Below are positions 25,201 through 37,810 of a DNA stretch of 64,000 bases, piece after piece. This stretch comes from Glaucostegus cemiculus (lineage: Eukaryota), in assembly GCA_976551045.1 (NCBI GenBank), contig CDPCPM010000049.1:3534001-3598000 (forward strand). Reading direction: 5' to 3'. Positions within the stretch are counted from its first letter, which is position 1. Every line of letters begins with the position of its first letter. The position numbers and the translations under genes are program-made. The notes under the pieces were generated by a model that worked only from the letters and a program-made list of their open reading frames with translations, had not been told where the DNA came from and ran no database searches.

Positions 25201-25219
25201 TGTCATGTACTAAATCATA

Positions 25220-25428
25220 CTAAAATAAAAACAGTAAATGCTGGACACACTGAGAAGGTCGGGCAGTATCTGTGGAAGAGAACCAACTAACATTTCAAGT
25301 TGAACACCCTTTATCAAAACTCAGATATTAACTGTGTTTCTCTTTCCTCAGGCACTGCCTGAACATGCTGAGTGTTTCTAGCATTTTCTGTTTTTATTTC
25401 AGATTTCCAGCATCTGCAGTTTTTTTTT
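25220..25428. mobile_element. Palindromic (foldback) Penelope pLTR derivative
   Basis: Arm taaaataaaaacagtaaatgctggacacactgagaaggtcgggcagtatctgtggaagag pairs with ctctttcctcaggcactgcctgaacatgctgagtgtttctagcattttctgtttttatttc. Confidence 0.85.
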
Positions 25429-27129
25429 GATTTTCACTTACTGCTGAATAGTTCAGTTTGGTAAAAAAGTCAAACAACCACAGTAGTTGCAAAGGCGTAA
25501 TGTGGAAAAACATCAATGAAATGTCCTTTGTAGCTGAATAAGTTGGCTGGTTGGGGGTTGAACATTGGGCAAGAATTTAGCTTGCTTTACAATTGAAAAA
25601 TTTAGATACTGAGGTGAGAGTAGACTCTGATACCACCTGAAGAAGTGCAGGAGTGGTGTTGTCCAAGATGCTGGAGATGGATTTCTTATCACCTGTTCAT
25701 ATATTTGCTGATTAGCTCTTTGATCGGAATCTGGTTAATAATGGTGTTGGCTTTAGAAGTGTCCTTTTAATGGAGTGTGTGGACAGAAATCCTCTGCTGC
25801 CAGATGATATCACTGGTTTCAGAGCATAGAAACAGTCTCAGAGTCTACACTGTCCATTAACTGCCCCCCCCATATTTACACCTCCATTAGTACCATTTTT
25901 ATTTTTATTCTTCAACCACTTCCCCCCCACCCCCCCACCCCAGATCATACCATTTATCTACACACCAGGAGCAATTTACAATTGCCAATTAACTCACCAA
26001 CCTCTGGCTCTTGTTCCCTTTCACTGAAAGATGAAGAACCACTGAAAGTGATGTTGAGTGGCATCAAAGAGTGAATGGTGCAAGTTAAAGGGTACTTTTA
26101 AATGAATTAGAATTGTTTTGGATTGAATTATCCAGTTGAAATTGGCCAATTATATTTTGGCCACTAAGTATAGTTGAACTAATATCCAAAGAGTGATCTG
26201 TAGGTAAAATTTACCACGGGCAGTCTTTCATTGTAGTTTCTGAATGAGAGACGGTCACCAACTTCACACACAACAGATATTTTGCATTGGATTTGAATGT
26301 ACAATGATGCACTTGAACACTCTGTATCGGCAACCAGGTCAGGAATATAGCAGGAAGCAGAGTGTGGGTGGAAGGTGAGTAAAACACCAGACTTGTGATT
26401 TTCCCACCACTGCTTGTGCACTTCCTGCCTATGTAAATATTTTCAGAATTTGCAGGCTGCAGCACCCCAAGTGGGCAACCCACCCTACTCCTATTTTGCT
26501 ATTGTTCTACGATTAATGTCTCTGTTTGTTGATGATGTTATTGAAGAGCATTTGTTTCAGTGAGCAGTATTTCTTATGTATGTGCATGTCAGAAGTTGTT
26601 GCTTTGTATCTGAACTGCTGCTTTATGGATCATCATTAACATATCCATGAGAGCTTCTCATTAGAGCCATTCAGCTTCTGTCCAGATACTATCCTATGCA
26701 AGCAATTTGGCATTTCCATGAAACAGATAAAGGATCAGAAAAGCTCCCAATTTGTGAGGCGTTTACATTACCAGTAATCCAATTACCTAAACACTGCATC
26801 ATTTTACTTCCCTAGTGCCGAGCTGTTTCCTTTTGTATTGCTTTTATACACTGCAGAGAGGATGACAGAAGCTCATGTGCAAAATGAATTTTGATTCTGC
26901 ATAGATAAAGCAATAAGTTTGGATGCAGCAATTTAATAATTGGCATCGTCCATTTTCTATTACTTTCTCACAAAAACCCATTCTGGCCTTATTGAAAGTA
27001 AGCTCCTGTATTCCTGAACAATATTAGATTATTTTCCTTGCCAGGTTGATGAAAGAATGAGCCTCCTGCTGACACAGCATTCCTGCAGCATTGGATCAGT
27101 ACGTGGGCACTGGCCCGCTTGTAAACTTT

Positions 27130-27410
27130 AGTTATTTATGAGTGTGTTGGTGTCCATTGGCTGATGAAGGCACCACAGCCAGGCCCAGTCTCATCCTTGT
27201 CTGTTGTTCACACATGGACACTCTCAATAGGAGATCACATTTGGGAGGAGAAATCTGACCAAATTTGACCTACAAAGCCTCATCCCGACAAAGCAGCACT
27301 CTGTGTCCATTCTGGCTGAGATTAGCTATCTCAGCAACAGCAGTAATTGATCCTGGCATCTTCCTTGTCTGCTTGGCTCAGCTGCTCACCGAAACAAACT
27401 TCCTGAAGTG
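27130..27410 (-). mobile_element. AmnSINE2-like tRNA-derived SINE
   Basis: Minus strand ctgagccaagcagacaaggaagatgccaggatcaat...gctgagatagctaatctcagcc...gtgtgaac...ggatgagactgggcctggctgtggtgcc resembles my recollection of the AmnSINE2 consensus. Confidence 0.6.
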
Positions 27411-28769
27411 CTGACAAAGGTGAATTGTAAATGGACTACAAATTCCAGTGGAGCTAAATGATCTTCTAGATGGTTATAGCAATAGTGCACCAATTATGCT
27501 TTTGTAGTGTACCCACCATGGCAAATTTCAGGAGTGCCAAAGTCCAAGTCCTGGAAAACTACTCAGAGGCCATTGCAGTCTATTGTAGTTGAATCTGTGC
27601 TGTTTAAGATGAGACTAGTGGATGTAGGTTAAATTGGGGTTTGGGGCAGGGTTGACGATCAGGTAAATGGCTTGGGGATTGAGGAAGGATTGTGGAGACT
27701 GGAGACTCCATCTGGGGAGATCTGCAGGTTTCTTAGCCAACTGAGATCATTGAAGGCTATTGGAATCAGGGCCTTGGCTCATGAGGGATTTGCAGGTAGA
27801 TTTGTGGGTTTCAGGTTGTTGGTACTGTGGTGAGGGGTGCTTGATAATGGACAAAAAAGGAAGTAAGGAATTTTCTAAGCTTCCATTGCTGTCTTTAGCT
27901 GTGACTATCTCGCTGCCTCAGGATTTCCCAATTATAGGCTCCCAGAAAAAATGGTCTAATTTCCCCTGCAGTGCTTCAGCAGGAGGCTTAGGGGAACAGT
28001 GGACTAGATTTCACAGCCCATGCTTTTGTTTCAATAGTGGCACGGCTGCATTGTATCTACCCAAAGGTTTTGATTGTTAGCTATTAAACCCATAACTCAA
28101 GCAAATAGCATAGGGGGGAAAGAAAGTAATCAATCCATTGCTTGCCATTTAATCAGTTATTCCATATCTGACAATGCTTGGGAATATGGTTGTTGGTGTT
28201 TGCATAGTACAACAGACTGGGTCATGGTGACTAATAGTCACCTTGGTATGTCTTAATGCATGGTTCAACTGAAATGGTTCCTCTGGTGATCTTCCTTCAT
28301 CCTTAGAAAATTCACTTACATGGACTGTTATTCATGGAATTCCACATGGAACTGGAGGGAAAAAAAAAAATTCACCACAGAGACAAGGAATGCCCAGGAA
28401 CTTCTACATTCTTACTCGGACATGAGGGACTACCAAATGAAACAGAACTGGCAACTATGCTCTTTATATGAACTACTGTCACCTGTGATTCCTCTGGGTT
28501 AACCTTACAATATGGGCATGGCTGCTCCTGGTACTCGTGGAGTGTCAGTGAGAATGTTGCAGGATAATGGCCTAATGTGGGCAAATGGGAATGCCGTAGA
28601 TAGGCCTCTGTGGATGAGGTGGGTTGAAAGGGTCTGTTCCTGCACTGTGCGATTCTATGATTTTTTCACAGAGACTTTGAGAACATCCCTGAATCTTTTC
28701 TATTCACCAGGTCGGAAAACTGTTGGAATGTGATCAACGTGAGCAAAAGACAAGCACCTCTGGCAGCTT

Positions 28770-29030
28770 GGTTTTTTTGCTCCAGATTCCAGCATCTGCC
28801 ATCTCTTGTGTCTCCATGTGAAAGATGTAGCCTGTTTAACGAGGTTGGCTCAGTGTAACTGGAATCAAAGCAGAGAATGCTGGAAGTGCTCAGCAGGTCA
28901 GGCTGCATCTGTGGGAAGAGAAACAGAGTTGATGTCTTGCGTCGAAGACCCTTTGTCAGGACAGGGAAGACGACAGAAGAAGCTCATTAAGTTGGAGAGG
29001 GTGAGGGAGGGGAAGGTCTCTGATTGGATA
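28770..29030. mobile_element. Two Penelope pLTR fragments in opposite orientation (28770-28815 +; 28858-29030 -)
   Basis: ttgctccagattccagcatctgccatctcttgtgtctc, followed by agaatgctggaagtgctcagcaggtcaggctgcatctgtgggaagagaaacagagtt. Confidence 0.75.
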
Positions 29031-30269
29031 AAACCAGGGCGACCATTGTGGGGGTGGGAACCTGTAAACAGGGTTATCTGGCCAACAAGTGAATGGAGGC
29101 AGTTAGAGAGTGAAAATGTAGACTAAGGAACCTTGAGTAATTAGAGCCTTGATGTTGGAAATGTTGGGGCACTGGTTCTGGTTTGCTTGCCCTACCAATA
29201 GATTTGGAGGATTTTGTGGAGGAAGCGGTGGCAGCAAACATCTAATGCTTTGAGGTACCTGCTGTGGGTGGTCCAGTTCTCGCTTCAATGCAGCAGCACA
29301 ACAGAGGCAGCGTATCTAGAATCGCCTAGTTTAACCCTGCTGACATTTATGTTATTTTTTAAGAAGGCATGTCAGCTTCATAGAAAATGACCTTTATGTC
29401 GACACCTGCTGTAAACTCGCTCACTAAATTAACATCCAGCTACGTGCATGTATATTTGTCGCTATTTACATTGCCACGACTCTGGGGAATCTGCTGCTAT
29501 TTATTCCCCTCTTGCAGTGCTGAGTGCAGGCACACTTCCGAGATCACAATTTGTTCTAAAAACCTGCTGGGTGGATGCCAATGTTGATAATGCCACTCGA
29601 ATGAAACATAATTTACTACTTATAATCAACCAGAAATAAAACCATAATTTTTTGTACATTACCAGGACTACCTTTCTTCAGCTTTTTAAAAAAAATTGGT
29701 CATGAAAAGAAAACAGAAAAGCAGCACAGAAGAGTTGAGGGGCACAGTTAAAAATACTGGAAACTGCACTGCGTGTATTCTGCAGCATCTCTGAGAATGG
29801 TCTCCAATCCCATTTGTGTAGCTTGTGCACGATTATAATGGAAGATTTCTATCCAGTTAGAATTGACACTAACAATTCTCTGCAAAGATTTGAAGTCGTA
29901 GGAAGGAAATTCACACATTCTAATTCTAGTTCCCTCTATCTCACCGCTGCTGTAAGCAATAGGGGTTCAGTTTCATACATTTTAAGAAGCAGGTTGAAGT
30001 GTGCAATAGTTTAGATTGCAGTATTTTCCCTGTGGGTTTTATGGATGTAAAAATAACATTGGCTATTCAGTTGATACATGATGCAAACTCTGCTGTATAA
30101 TTGCAAAATGTAGTAGAATGAAGAAAATTTAAGGCTTTCTTTTGAAAGTGATACCTTTTTTATGTCTGAATACTTCAGATTGTGCTTTAGGCGTCTAATA
30201 GCGAGATTACCCTAAATCAAATGCTGAAGTTATTCATCTGCTAAATATTACTATTATTATGGGCACTTT

Positions 30270-30520
30270 ATGTATGTGAACAGAGTAACAAAGGCTTTTG
30301 ATAGAATAGAAAAGGAGAATGCTTCCAGTGGCAAGGTGGTCAATAAGCAGAGGGCACAGGTAATTGGAAGATGTGCTGGAAGGAAGATGAAGAGAATTTG
30401 TTTTTACACACAGGAGTTTTGATGATCTGGAATGTATTGCACCTGATGGAAGCAGCTTCGATAGTGACTTTCAGAAGGGAAAGACTGAAAAGGAAAAATC
30501 TGCAAGAAAATGAAAGTGAA
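30270..30520 (+). mobile_element. CR1 3' fragment, degraded
   Basis: F...TGVLMIWNVL...MEAASIVTFRRE, a CR1 ORF2 C-terminal remnant. Confidence 0.65.
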
Positions 30521-30787
30521 CTAGAATATTTTGTAAATTTTTGTTACACCAATCTTTTGTTTAACAATTAACATGGTTATAACAGAAGAAATCATTCAAT
30601 ATATTTCTAATTATTTGATAAATATATTTGGAGAATGCTTTTAATCCAATGTGAATTCTGGTGTTTTTATGCTTTGGATAAAACTAATCTTTTCCCAGTT
30701 TGGCTTTTATGATAAAACTTTAACTGTTCATTTGTTAGGGTGAGGAATAGAAAACCAATTCCCTTGAGAATGATAATTCAGGAGAAC

Positions 30788-31070
30788 AGTAGCATTGTGG
30801 TTATGTTACAAGGTTAGTAACTAAATGCCTAGATCATTGATCCAGAGAGACACGAGTTTGAAACCCAGCTGGGCTTTCCCCAGCTGCCAGTTTGAATTTC
30901 AATTCAACAATCTGTGTAATCCAGAATTAAAAAGGAAACTGGTACCAGTAATGAAACCACTTTGTTGTCATAAAAGTGCATCTGGGTTTTTGTCCTTTGG
31001 AGAAATAATCTGCCATCCTTGCTTGGTCCAGCTTATAGGAGACTCCTGACTCTCAGCAGTGTTGTTTTTT
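30788..31070 (+). mobile_element. tRNA-derived SINE (same family as the 15996-16200 and 50360-50930 sequences)
   Basis: A-box-like gtagcattgtggtt and B-box-like gagtttgaaaccc, with body aatgaaaccact...ctgccatccttgcttggtccagc...gactcc. Confidence 0.6.
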
Positions 31071-32447
31071 AAATAGGAGCTGCCTTGAACTGGTTCGAGG
31101 GCATGAGGTTCAACTTTGGGGAACTACCTCTGGCAGGTGCCTTGAAGTAACATCAAGAAAAAGACCTTGGTGTCACTATGCCTAACAACTAGTTTTGTCT
31201 GATCATGTTTCCCAAGTCACTGTGGGTTGCCCCTGCCCCATGATCTTCAGCTCAACGCTTGACAGCTGTATCTCCAATCGCTCACTGGATGGTGTCCAGC
31301 CCCCGACTTTCCAGCTCCTTCAATCATTAGGTGTCTCTCTCCAGACACCTTCCCCACCGACCTCAATTATGATTGTGACCCAATATGATCCATAAGGTCC
31401 TGATCTCTCTGACTGACACACTGACCTTACCTGCACTAACCTAGGCCACTCTCTGTTATGGCCTGTAGCCATGACCTGCTTGTACACCTTCATATGTTCT
31501 GCACAAGTGTGTAAGATCTTTGTGGTGTTCAACACCTTGTCTCTCCTGTTCTCTATGATTGTGCAGCAGCTTGTTCTCGAGCAAAATGTGCCCTGACCTG
31601 CCTGAAGCAACTGAATGAATGTGATTTTTTTTCAAGGTAGCACAGAAATTCCAAGCCGTTGTTTCTAGCTACCCCTTTCATTTACTCTCTGTACTCGTAT
31701 CAGGAGTGTATTGGTGTATCAGCCAAGACTTTTACACTCAAATATTGGGAATGAGGTTTGACCAATAGCCTTCTGACTTAAAACATGGTTATTTCCACTG
31801 TGCTAAGGCTGAAAGTGGAGGAATTTTATAAATCTTATTCACAGCTCCTCTCCAATGTTATGATAATGAAATTTAATTTCAGCAACTACTAAGAGATAAT
31901 CCATTTGTGGATAATTGGAGTTCTAATGTGTAATCAATTCCAGATACTTCCAGTGCAAATGATGTTACAAGGCATTCCTCTAAAGGGACAATGTGGAATA
32001 TTAAATCCTTTAGTGATGAAACTCTAAATAGGGTGTATGTGAATGCAAAATTCCTCTTCTAAAGGTTCATGAAATGTATAGCTATCGTGGAAGCTCTTGT
32101 CTGTATTGCTGATATGTCTGGAAATTGGATAAAGCTGGAAAATTCATCCTTTTCGTATGTAAACAGAATTTAAAGCAATTCACATTTTTATTGCCTTGCC
32201 TTTATCTCATATATCATCAGGAGAGGAAATTGGGTTGTGTGCCTTTCCCCTCTACCATCCTCTCATGTCCAAACACCCTTCCCCATTCTCTGCCTGTTTG
32301 GCTTTGCTCCAGGAGCTTCCTGTGTATCTATTCCCGCCTCTCTTCTTGGAGTGTGCCGATGGATGTCAGATGGCTCTCTTTACAGATTTTCTGCCAAGGC
32401 ACTGGGTGAAAAATGTGTGGAAGGTTATCATTCCCCCTCAATAATCT

Positions 32448-32800
32448 GGGCAGTAGAGTGGCGCAGCAGGTAGTGCTGCTGCCAACTCAGAGCTTCAGTG
32501 ACCTGACTTCAATCTTGACTTCAGGTTGCTGTCTGTGGCATTTGCATGTTCTCCCTGTGACCGTGTGGGTTTGCCCCAGGTGTTCCACTTCCTCCCACAT
32601 CCCCAGAAGTATGCTGGTTTGTAGGTTGATTGGCCACTGTAAATTACCCATATCTAGATGGGTGGTAGGGAAATCGAGGGGGGATTGGGCACATGTGAGA
32701 GAATAGAGTACAGAGGAAATAAATGGGACAACATGGTTGATGGAATTGTTCTGAGAGCCAGCATAGACTTGATGGCTCTAATGGTTTCCTGCCGTGTCAT
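32448..32800 (+). mobile_element. HE1/V-SINE-like SINE, near full length
   Basis: gtggcgcagcaggtag A-box, acttcaatcttga B-box, ttgcatgttctccctgtgaccgtgtgggtttgcccc V-domain, and a CR1-like tail. Confidence 0.85.
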
Positions 32801-34594
32801 AAAGTATCATGAGAATATGCAAAACTCTTGAGTTTGTTACTTCCAAATCTACCCTTCTCAATAAATTGATATTGCTACTTGTGTAATGTTGATCACATGC
32901 ATTTGGTTATCGAGGCCATGCTGATATCATGCCACACAGGGACACAGTTGGGTCAGAGGTTCTCCGGTATTCTCACAGTAATAGAGCTTTAAAATAAAGA
33001 AGGGGGTGGTGGGCTTGTGTCAGTGGATCTCCAGTGCTCGAGATGAACACCAAGGATATGGACAATGAAAGTGATTGGGTAAGGATAGCTGGATTGTATC
33101 AAGAAGGGATAGAGCATTCAAACAAAAAAAATGTTAACACGTAGAATCTGGGCAAGAAAAAAATGGCAGGAAGACATGTTGTTCTGAGGAATACCAGCTT
33201 CTGCTTTGTAGCCTCAATGAACAACTGCATAGTGATGCACACTATGTGTACTTCAAAGTGATGGGGCCTTGGACAGTGCTGAGTTTCCTGAAAGACAATC
33301 GTGGTGTGAACCCATCGTGAAGGACCACTTGCATTACCATCCATATAAAGTGCCTTAAGTACTCATGCATGAACTTCTGCCAAGGTGACAATATTGCTTA
33401 TCCTCTCCTAAACGTTACATGTGAATATTGCAGATGTTAAAGAACACATTGTTGTCTTACTGTATAATGCTGATGGGATCGTTGGCATTCCTATAGCATT
33501 CTAATGTTGCTTTTGTTTTGTTTATTATAGATGCATATAACACTGGGGTTTTTGCCTCCCTGGTGGGCGGTTTATCTTTCCTTAAACTTCTATCCCCCAC
33601 CCCTTAAGGTATATGGGAGACAGGGAAATGGTGCACTAATTAAATGAGTACATTGGCTCTGCCTTCAGTAGAGGACACAGTACCTTTTCAGAAATATTAG
33701 AGGATGCAGAATCTAACAGGTAACAAACTAAAGAAAATTAGTGTCATTGAAAAAATAATGCTTGACAAATTACCAGCACTGAGAGCTGACGAATCTGAAA
33801 GGCAAGTGGAAATGTGGTGATGAGACACAGGATCAGCCTTGATTTGTGCTGAATGGTGGAGCAGGGCTGAAGGGCTCAATGGCCTCATCCTGCTGCTATT
33901 TTCTACGCTTCCATGTCATATAGACACACAGAAAATAAAGCCTGCTGCAGGGGTGCTGGGATGTGATTAATCTGACTCTATTGCTGCTCCTCTTTCTGCA
34001 ATGTGGTTTATTTGGAGGTAACTGAGGGGGAATGAACAAATCCTTTTCATTGCCCCTGAAGTAGTTTTCTGGGGTATCTGCTGGGTCAAAGTGTTGGGCC
34101 AAGAAACTACCTTTTTTTCATTCAAATACACCTTCCGCTTGGAATAAAAAGAGAAGCCTTCCCATTACCCCAGCACCATCCTTTCTTTTTCCCCTTTGTG
34201 CACTGCTATATTTTATATCACTCATCTTCATGCTTCTCCATTTACTGCTTTGGCACCATGACGTTGCCTACTAACAGCCTCCTCCACAACTTGCTGCAGG
34301 GATGCCCAGATGCCTGCTTGAAATGTTGGTCCTAACGATGATGGGGCAGTATTACCACATAAATAAGGAGGGGCACCTTTAAATAAAGCAGACTAACAAA
34401 TCAGTGTTTCCAAGGGATCAGAACTTGTACGTGTGAAAACCCTGTACCTGTAAGCTGTAACATTCAGTGTGAAATAAAGATTGATATTTAGTTAACATGT
34501 GAAATACTGGAGGTAATTCTGAGGAATGAACTTAGAATTCATTCATTCCAATTGGAATAATTAGATAGTGAGGACAGTATTTGCAATAGTTTGT

Positions 34595-35433
34595 AAATAA
34601 GGATGCATGAAGTTAGGGGGTAAGGTATTAACATGGATATAGGATTGGTTAACCAACAGAAGGCAGATAGTTGGGATAAATGAATGTTTCTCTGGTTAGC
34701 AATCAATGGTTAGCAGGGTGCTGCAGGGGTCAGTGCTGGGCCCACAGATGTTCAGAATATACACTAATGATTTGGAAGAGGGGACCGAGTGTGGTGTATC
34801 TAAGTTTGAGATTGAGTGGAAAAACAAATTGTGCAGAGAGTCTGTGATAGGTTAAGTGAGTGGGCAAGGGGCTGGCAGATGGAGTACAATGTTGGTAAAT
34901 GAGAGGTCATCCACTTTGGAAGGAAAAATAGAAGATCAGATTATTATTTAAATGGTGAAAGATTGCAGACTGGAGGCGGTGCAGAGGAGGTTCACCAGAG
35001 ATGAGGGGGAGAGATTGAGTCGCCTGGGACTTTACTTGCTGGAATTCAGAAGAATGAGAGGGGATCTCATGGAAACAGATAAAATTATGAAAGGGATAGG
35101 TAAGCTAGTGGCAGAAAGGTTGTTTCCACTGGTAGGTGAGACTAAAACTAGGGGACATCTCAAGATTCAAAGGAATAGATTTAGGACGGAGATGAGGAGA
35201 AACTACTTTTCCCAGAGAGTAGTGAATCTGTGGAAATCTCTACCTAGAGAAGCAGTAGAGGCCAGCTCATTAAATTTAAGACAGAGTTCAATAGATTTTT
35301 GTATAGCAGAAGAATTAAGGGTTATGGGGAAAAGGTAGGTAGGTGGATCTGAGCCCATAGCCACGATCTTATTGAATGGTGGAGCAGGCTCGACAGGCCA
35401 GGTGGCCTACTCCTGCTCCTGTCTATGTTCTTA
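34595..35433 (+). mobile_element. CR1 LINE RT-3' fragment with internal deletions
   Basis: VLQGSVLGP, WQMEYNVGK, LEAVQRRFTR, RMRGDLMET, YFSQRVVNLWKSLP. Tail cctactcctgctcctgtctatgttcttat. Same subfamily as 56259-60960. Confidence 0.92.
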
Positions 35434-35811
35434 TAAGAACATAATTCTGTGGCAGTAAGCTAGGAACTATATTTTTAGCTGTTTTTTGAATGAGATTAAT
35501 ACATTCTGGAAATTAATATCCAGTTTAACCATTGACAGAAAAAATGACATTTATCCTTCTGCTGGGTACTGTCACTGGTAGGTCTTTCAGAAGGAGCATA
35601 CTTCGGTTTTAAATTCAGATTTCTGATGGCTGTGTTCTGTTCTTCTGGCTAAATAGCCGCAGAGTCGATTGATAAAGAACATTCAGAAGCAGCACATGGT
35701 AGATATGGGGTCTAGGGCAAGACCCACTGTGCAGTGCTCCACATAGTCAAAATGTGTGGCCTATTTGAAAAGACATAAATGGTTGCACCATGCCATCTTG
35801 TCTTATGATGC

Positions 35812-35910
35812 AACACAGAAGGAGCTGAAGCAACTCAGCAGATCAGGCAGCATGTATGGAGGGAAATATGTTGGTCGATGTTCCTAGTCAACACCCTTCA
35901 TCTGGACTTG
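35812..35910 (-). mobile_element. Penelope pLTR fragment
   Basis: gctgaagcaactcagcagatcaggcagcatgtatggaggg...acccttcatctggact. Confidence 0.7.
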
Positions 35911-36329
35911 GCACTTGGGGAAGCATTTTCCATTATGGAAGAAGGGGACGAGAACCTTGTTTGCCTGCCCGCCTCGTATTCCCTGAGGACTCTTTTTGTT
36001 GAAAATGTGTGCAAACAAAGAATGGAGCATTACCAACATCAGACGAAATTGGCTTTGAATCCCACATTCCTTCCTGTAGAAAGAGTATTTAAATAATTGT
36101 CTGCCTGAGCACACCCAATCAAAAATGTTTCCAGGCCTTGGAAAAGATTTGTATTTGAATTGAATGACTTGGATCCTCCCTCAGGCATCTATCCATCAAC
36201 CACTGATTCTGTAATAACTCTGTCAAAATAAGCTGAAGCATTATGCAGTGCCCTCATTCCGCCCTCTAACTGCCCTCATTCATATTCCTCTATTTATCCA
36301 CTTCCAGCTATGATTAACAGGCACCTACT

Positions 36330-36560
36330 TCTCCACTCTTAGATGTTAGCAGAAGCATTTGAGTCACCTAGACAACCTTGGTCACACACATTCCCCATTG
36401 TTTCTTCCACTCCACCCCATTCCCCACCAACAACTTAAAACACCCTTTTTTCTCACCCTTCTTGTTCCAGGGAAGGACAGTTGACTTGAAACAGTTATTA
36501 TGTTTCCTTTACCACAGTTGCTGCCTGATCTGCTGAGTATTTTATGTTTCTAATACAGCA
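36330..36560 (+). mobile_element. Penelope 3'/pLTR fragment
   Basis: Pyrimidine-rich stretch, then gttgacttgaaacagtt...ccacagttgctgcctgatctgctgagtatttt. Confidence 0.6.
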
Positions 36561-36599
36561 GTGAAATTGTTTCTCCCCCTTGGTTTGCAGAGGGAATTG

Positions 36600-37497
36600 G
36601 TCTGTGGGACATAAAGTTAGCGGGTAGGACAGGAGGACAGATATTCCTACAGGGTTCTGGATTGGCTGGCAGGTCCCCACAATATCTACAAATGATTAGA
36701 GCAAAGGATTACAGGGCTATTTATCTTGGTTTTCTAAAAATGGTACAGTAACACAGGTGGATAGTTGTAAGGAAGATTGATAGGATGATCAGTGGCTGAT
36801 AGAAGTGAATAAAATGAAATCATACCTCCAAAGTTTGGTCATGGTATTTTCTAAAAAGTGAAAAGCTAGGATGAACAGTTAGATTTTCATTTCCATATAC
36901 GAAAATCAATAAAAGCATCAGCACAAGTGCAAAAAAAGATTCAAGGCTAATAGTGCTTTAGTGTTTGTCTGAAGAATACATTGGGCTGGAAGATGTTTTG
37001 CAGTTGTACACAACTCTGCTTAGACCCCATCTAGAGAATTGTGTTCATTTTTATGTACTGACCTTCTGGAAAAACATTGAACCTGAAAGCGGAGAGGGGG
37101 TGGGGCAGGTTGGGAGTTGGTGAGGAAGTGAAGTACATAGTCACTGGAATGATGTTGTGACTGATTTGGTAAAATTATGAGGAATAGTTTCAGAAAGTAG
37201 AGTTGCATTCCATTGAACATTGGAGAATAGGTGGAGATCTGATTAAAGCATAGATTGTATAATTGTTCAGGTTAGGTTAAGAAAATAAGCTTCTTCTAGT
37301 TGGAAAACCTACATCAAGAGGGTTATATTAGAGCTAGACAGTTTGTGGTGATGTCAGAAAGCACTTTTTCCACACAAGGTGTGGTAGAAATCTGGAAGAA
37401 TCTTCGCCAAAAATGTCTTGAAGCAAGATGGCAAAATTGAGATTGATGGATTTTAGTTAGGCAAGGATATCAAGTTACCGAATGAAGATAGGTAGAT
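36600..37497 (+). mobile_element. Old CR1 LINE; 3' UTR resumes at ~39263-39335
   Basis: LYTTLLRPHLENCVHF, GDLIKA and FSTQGVVEIW remnants. The 3' UTR agatcaaccatgatc...ggcagaacagcctcgag appears after the inserted SINE and Penelope element. Confidence 0.75.
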
Positions 37498-37804
37498 AAG
37501 ATCTTTATTAGTCACATGTACATCGAAACACGCAGTGACATACATCTTCTGCGTGGTGATTTTAGGGGGTAGCCCGCAAGTGTTGCCATGCTTCCAGCGC
37601 CAACATAGCATGCCCACAACTTTCTAACTTGTATGTCTTTGGAATGTGGGAGGAAACTGGAGCACCCGGAGGAAACCCACACAGACACGGGGAGAACGTA
37701 CAAACTCCTTATGGACAGTGGCCGGATTTGAACCCGGGTCGCTGGCGCTGTAAAGCATTGTGCTAACTGCTATACTACCATGCCGTCCACTATGCTACCA
37801 TGCC
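37494..37804 (-). mobile_element. Young tRNA-derived V-SINE with Rex1-like 3' tail
   Basis: Minus strand: ggcatggtagtatagcagtt (A box), ggttcaaatcc (B box), V-domain tgtacgttctccccgtgtctgtgtgggtttcctccgggtgctcc, and tail tgtacatgtgactaataaagatcttatct. CpGs are retained. Confidence 0.88.
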
Positions 37805-37810
37805 ATGCAG

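Noticed and set aside
37720-37790. tRNA gene (A and B boxes)
   Set aside because: It is the tRNA-derived head of a SINE followed by a V-domain. I could not build a complete cloverleaf, and the same applies to the other SINE heads.
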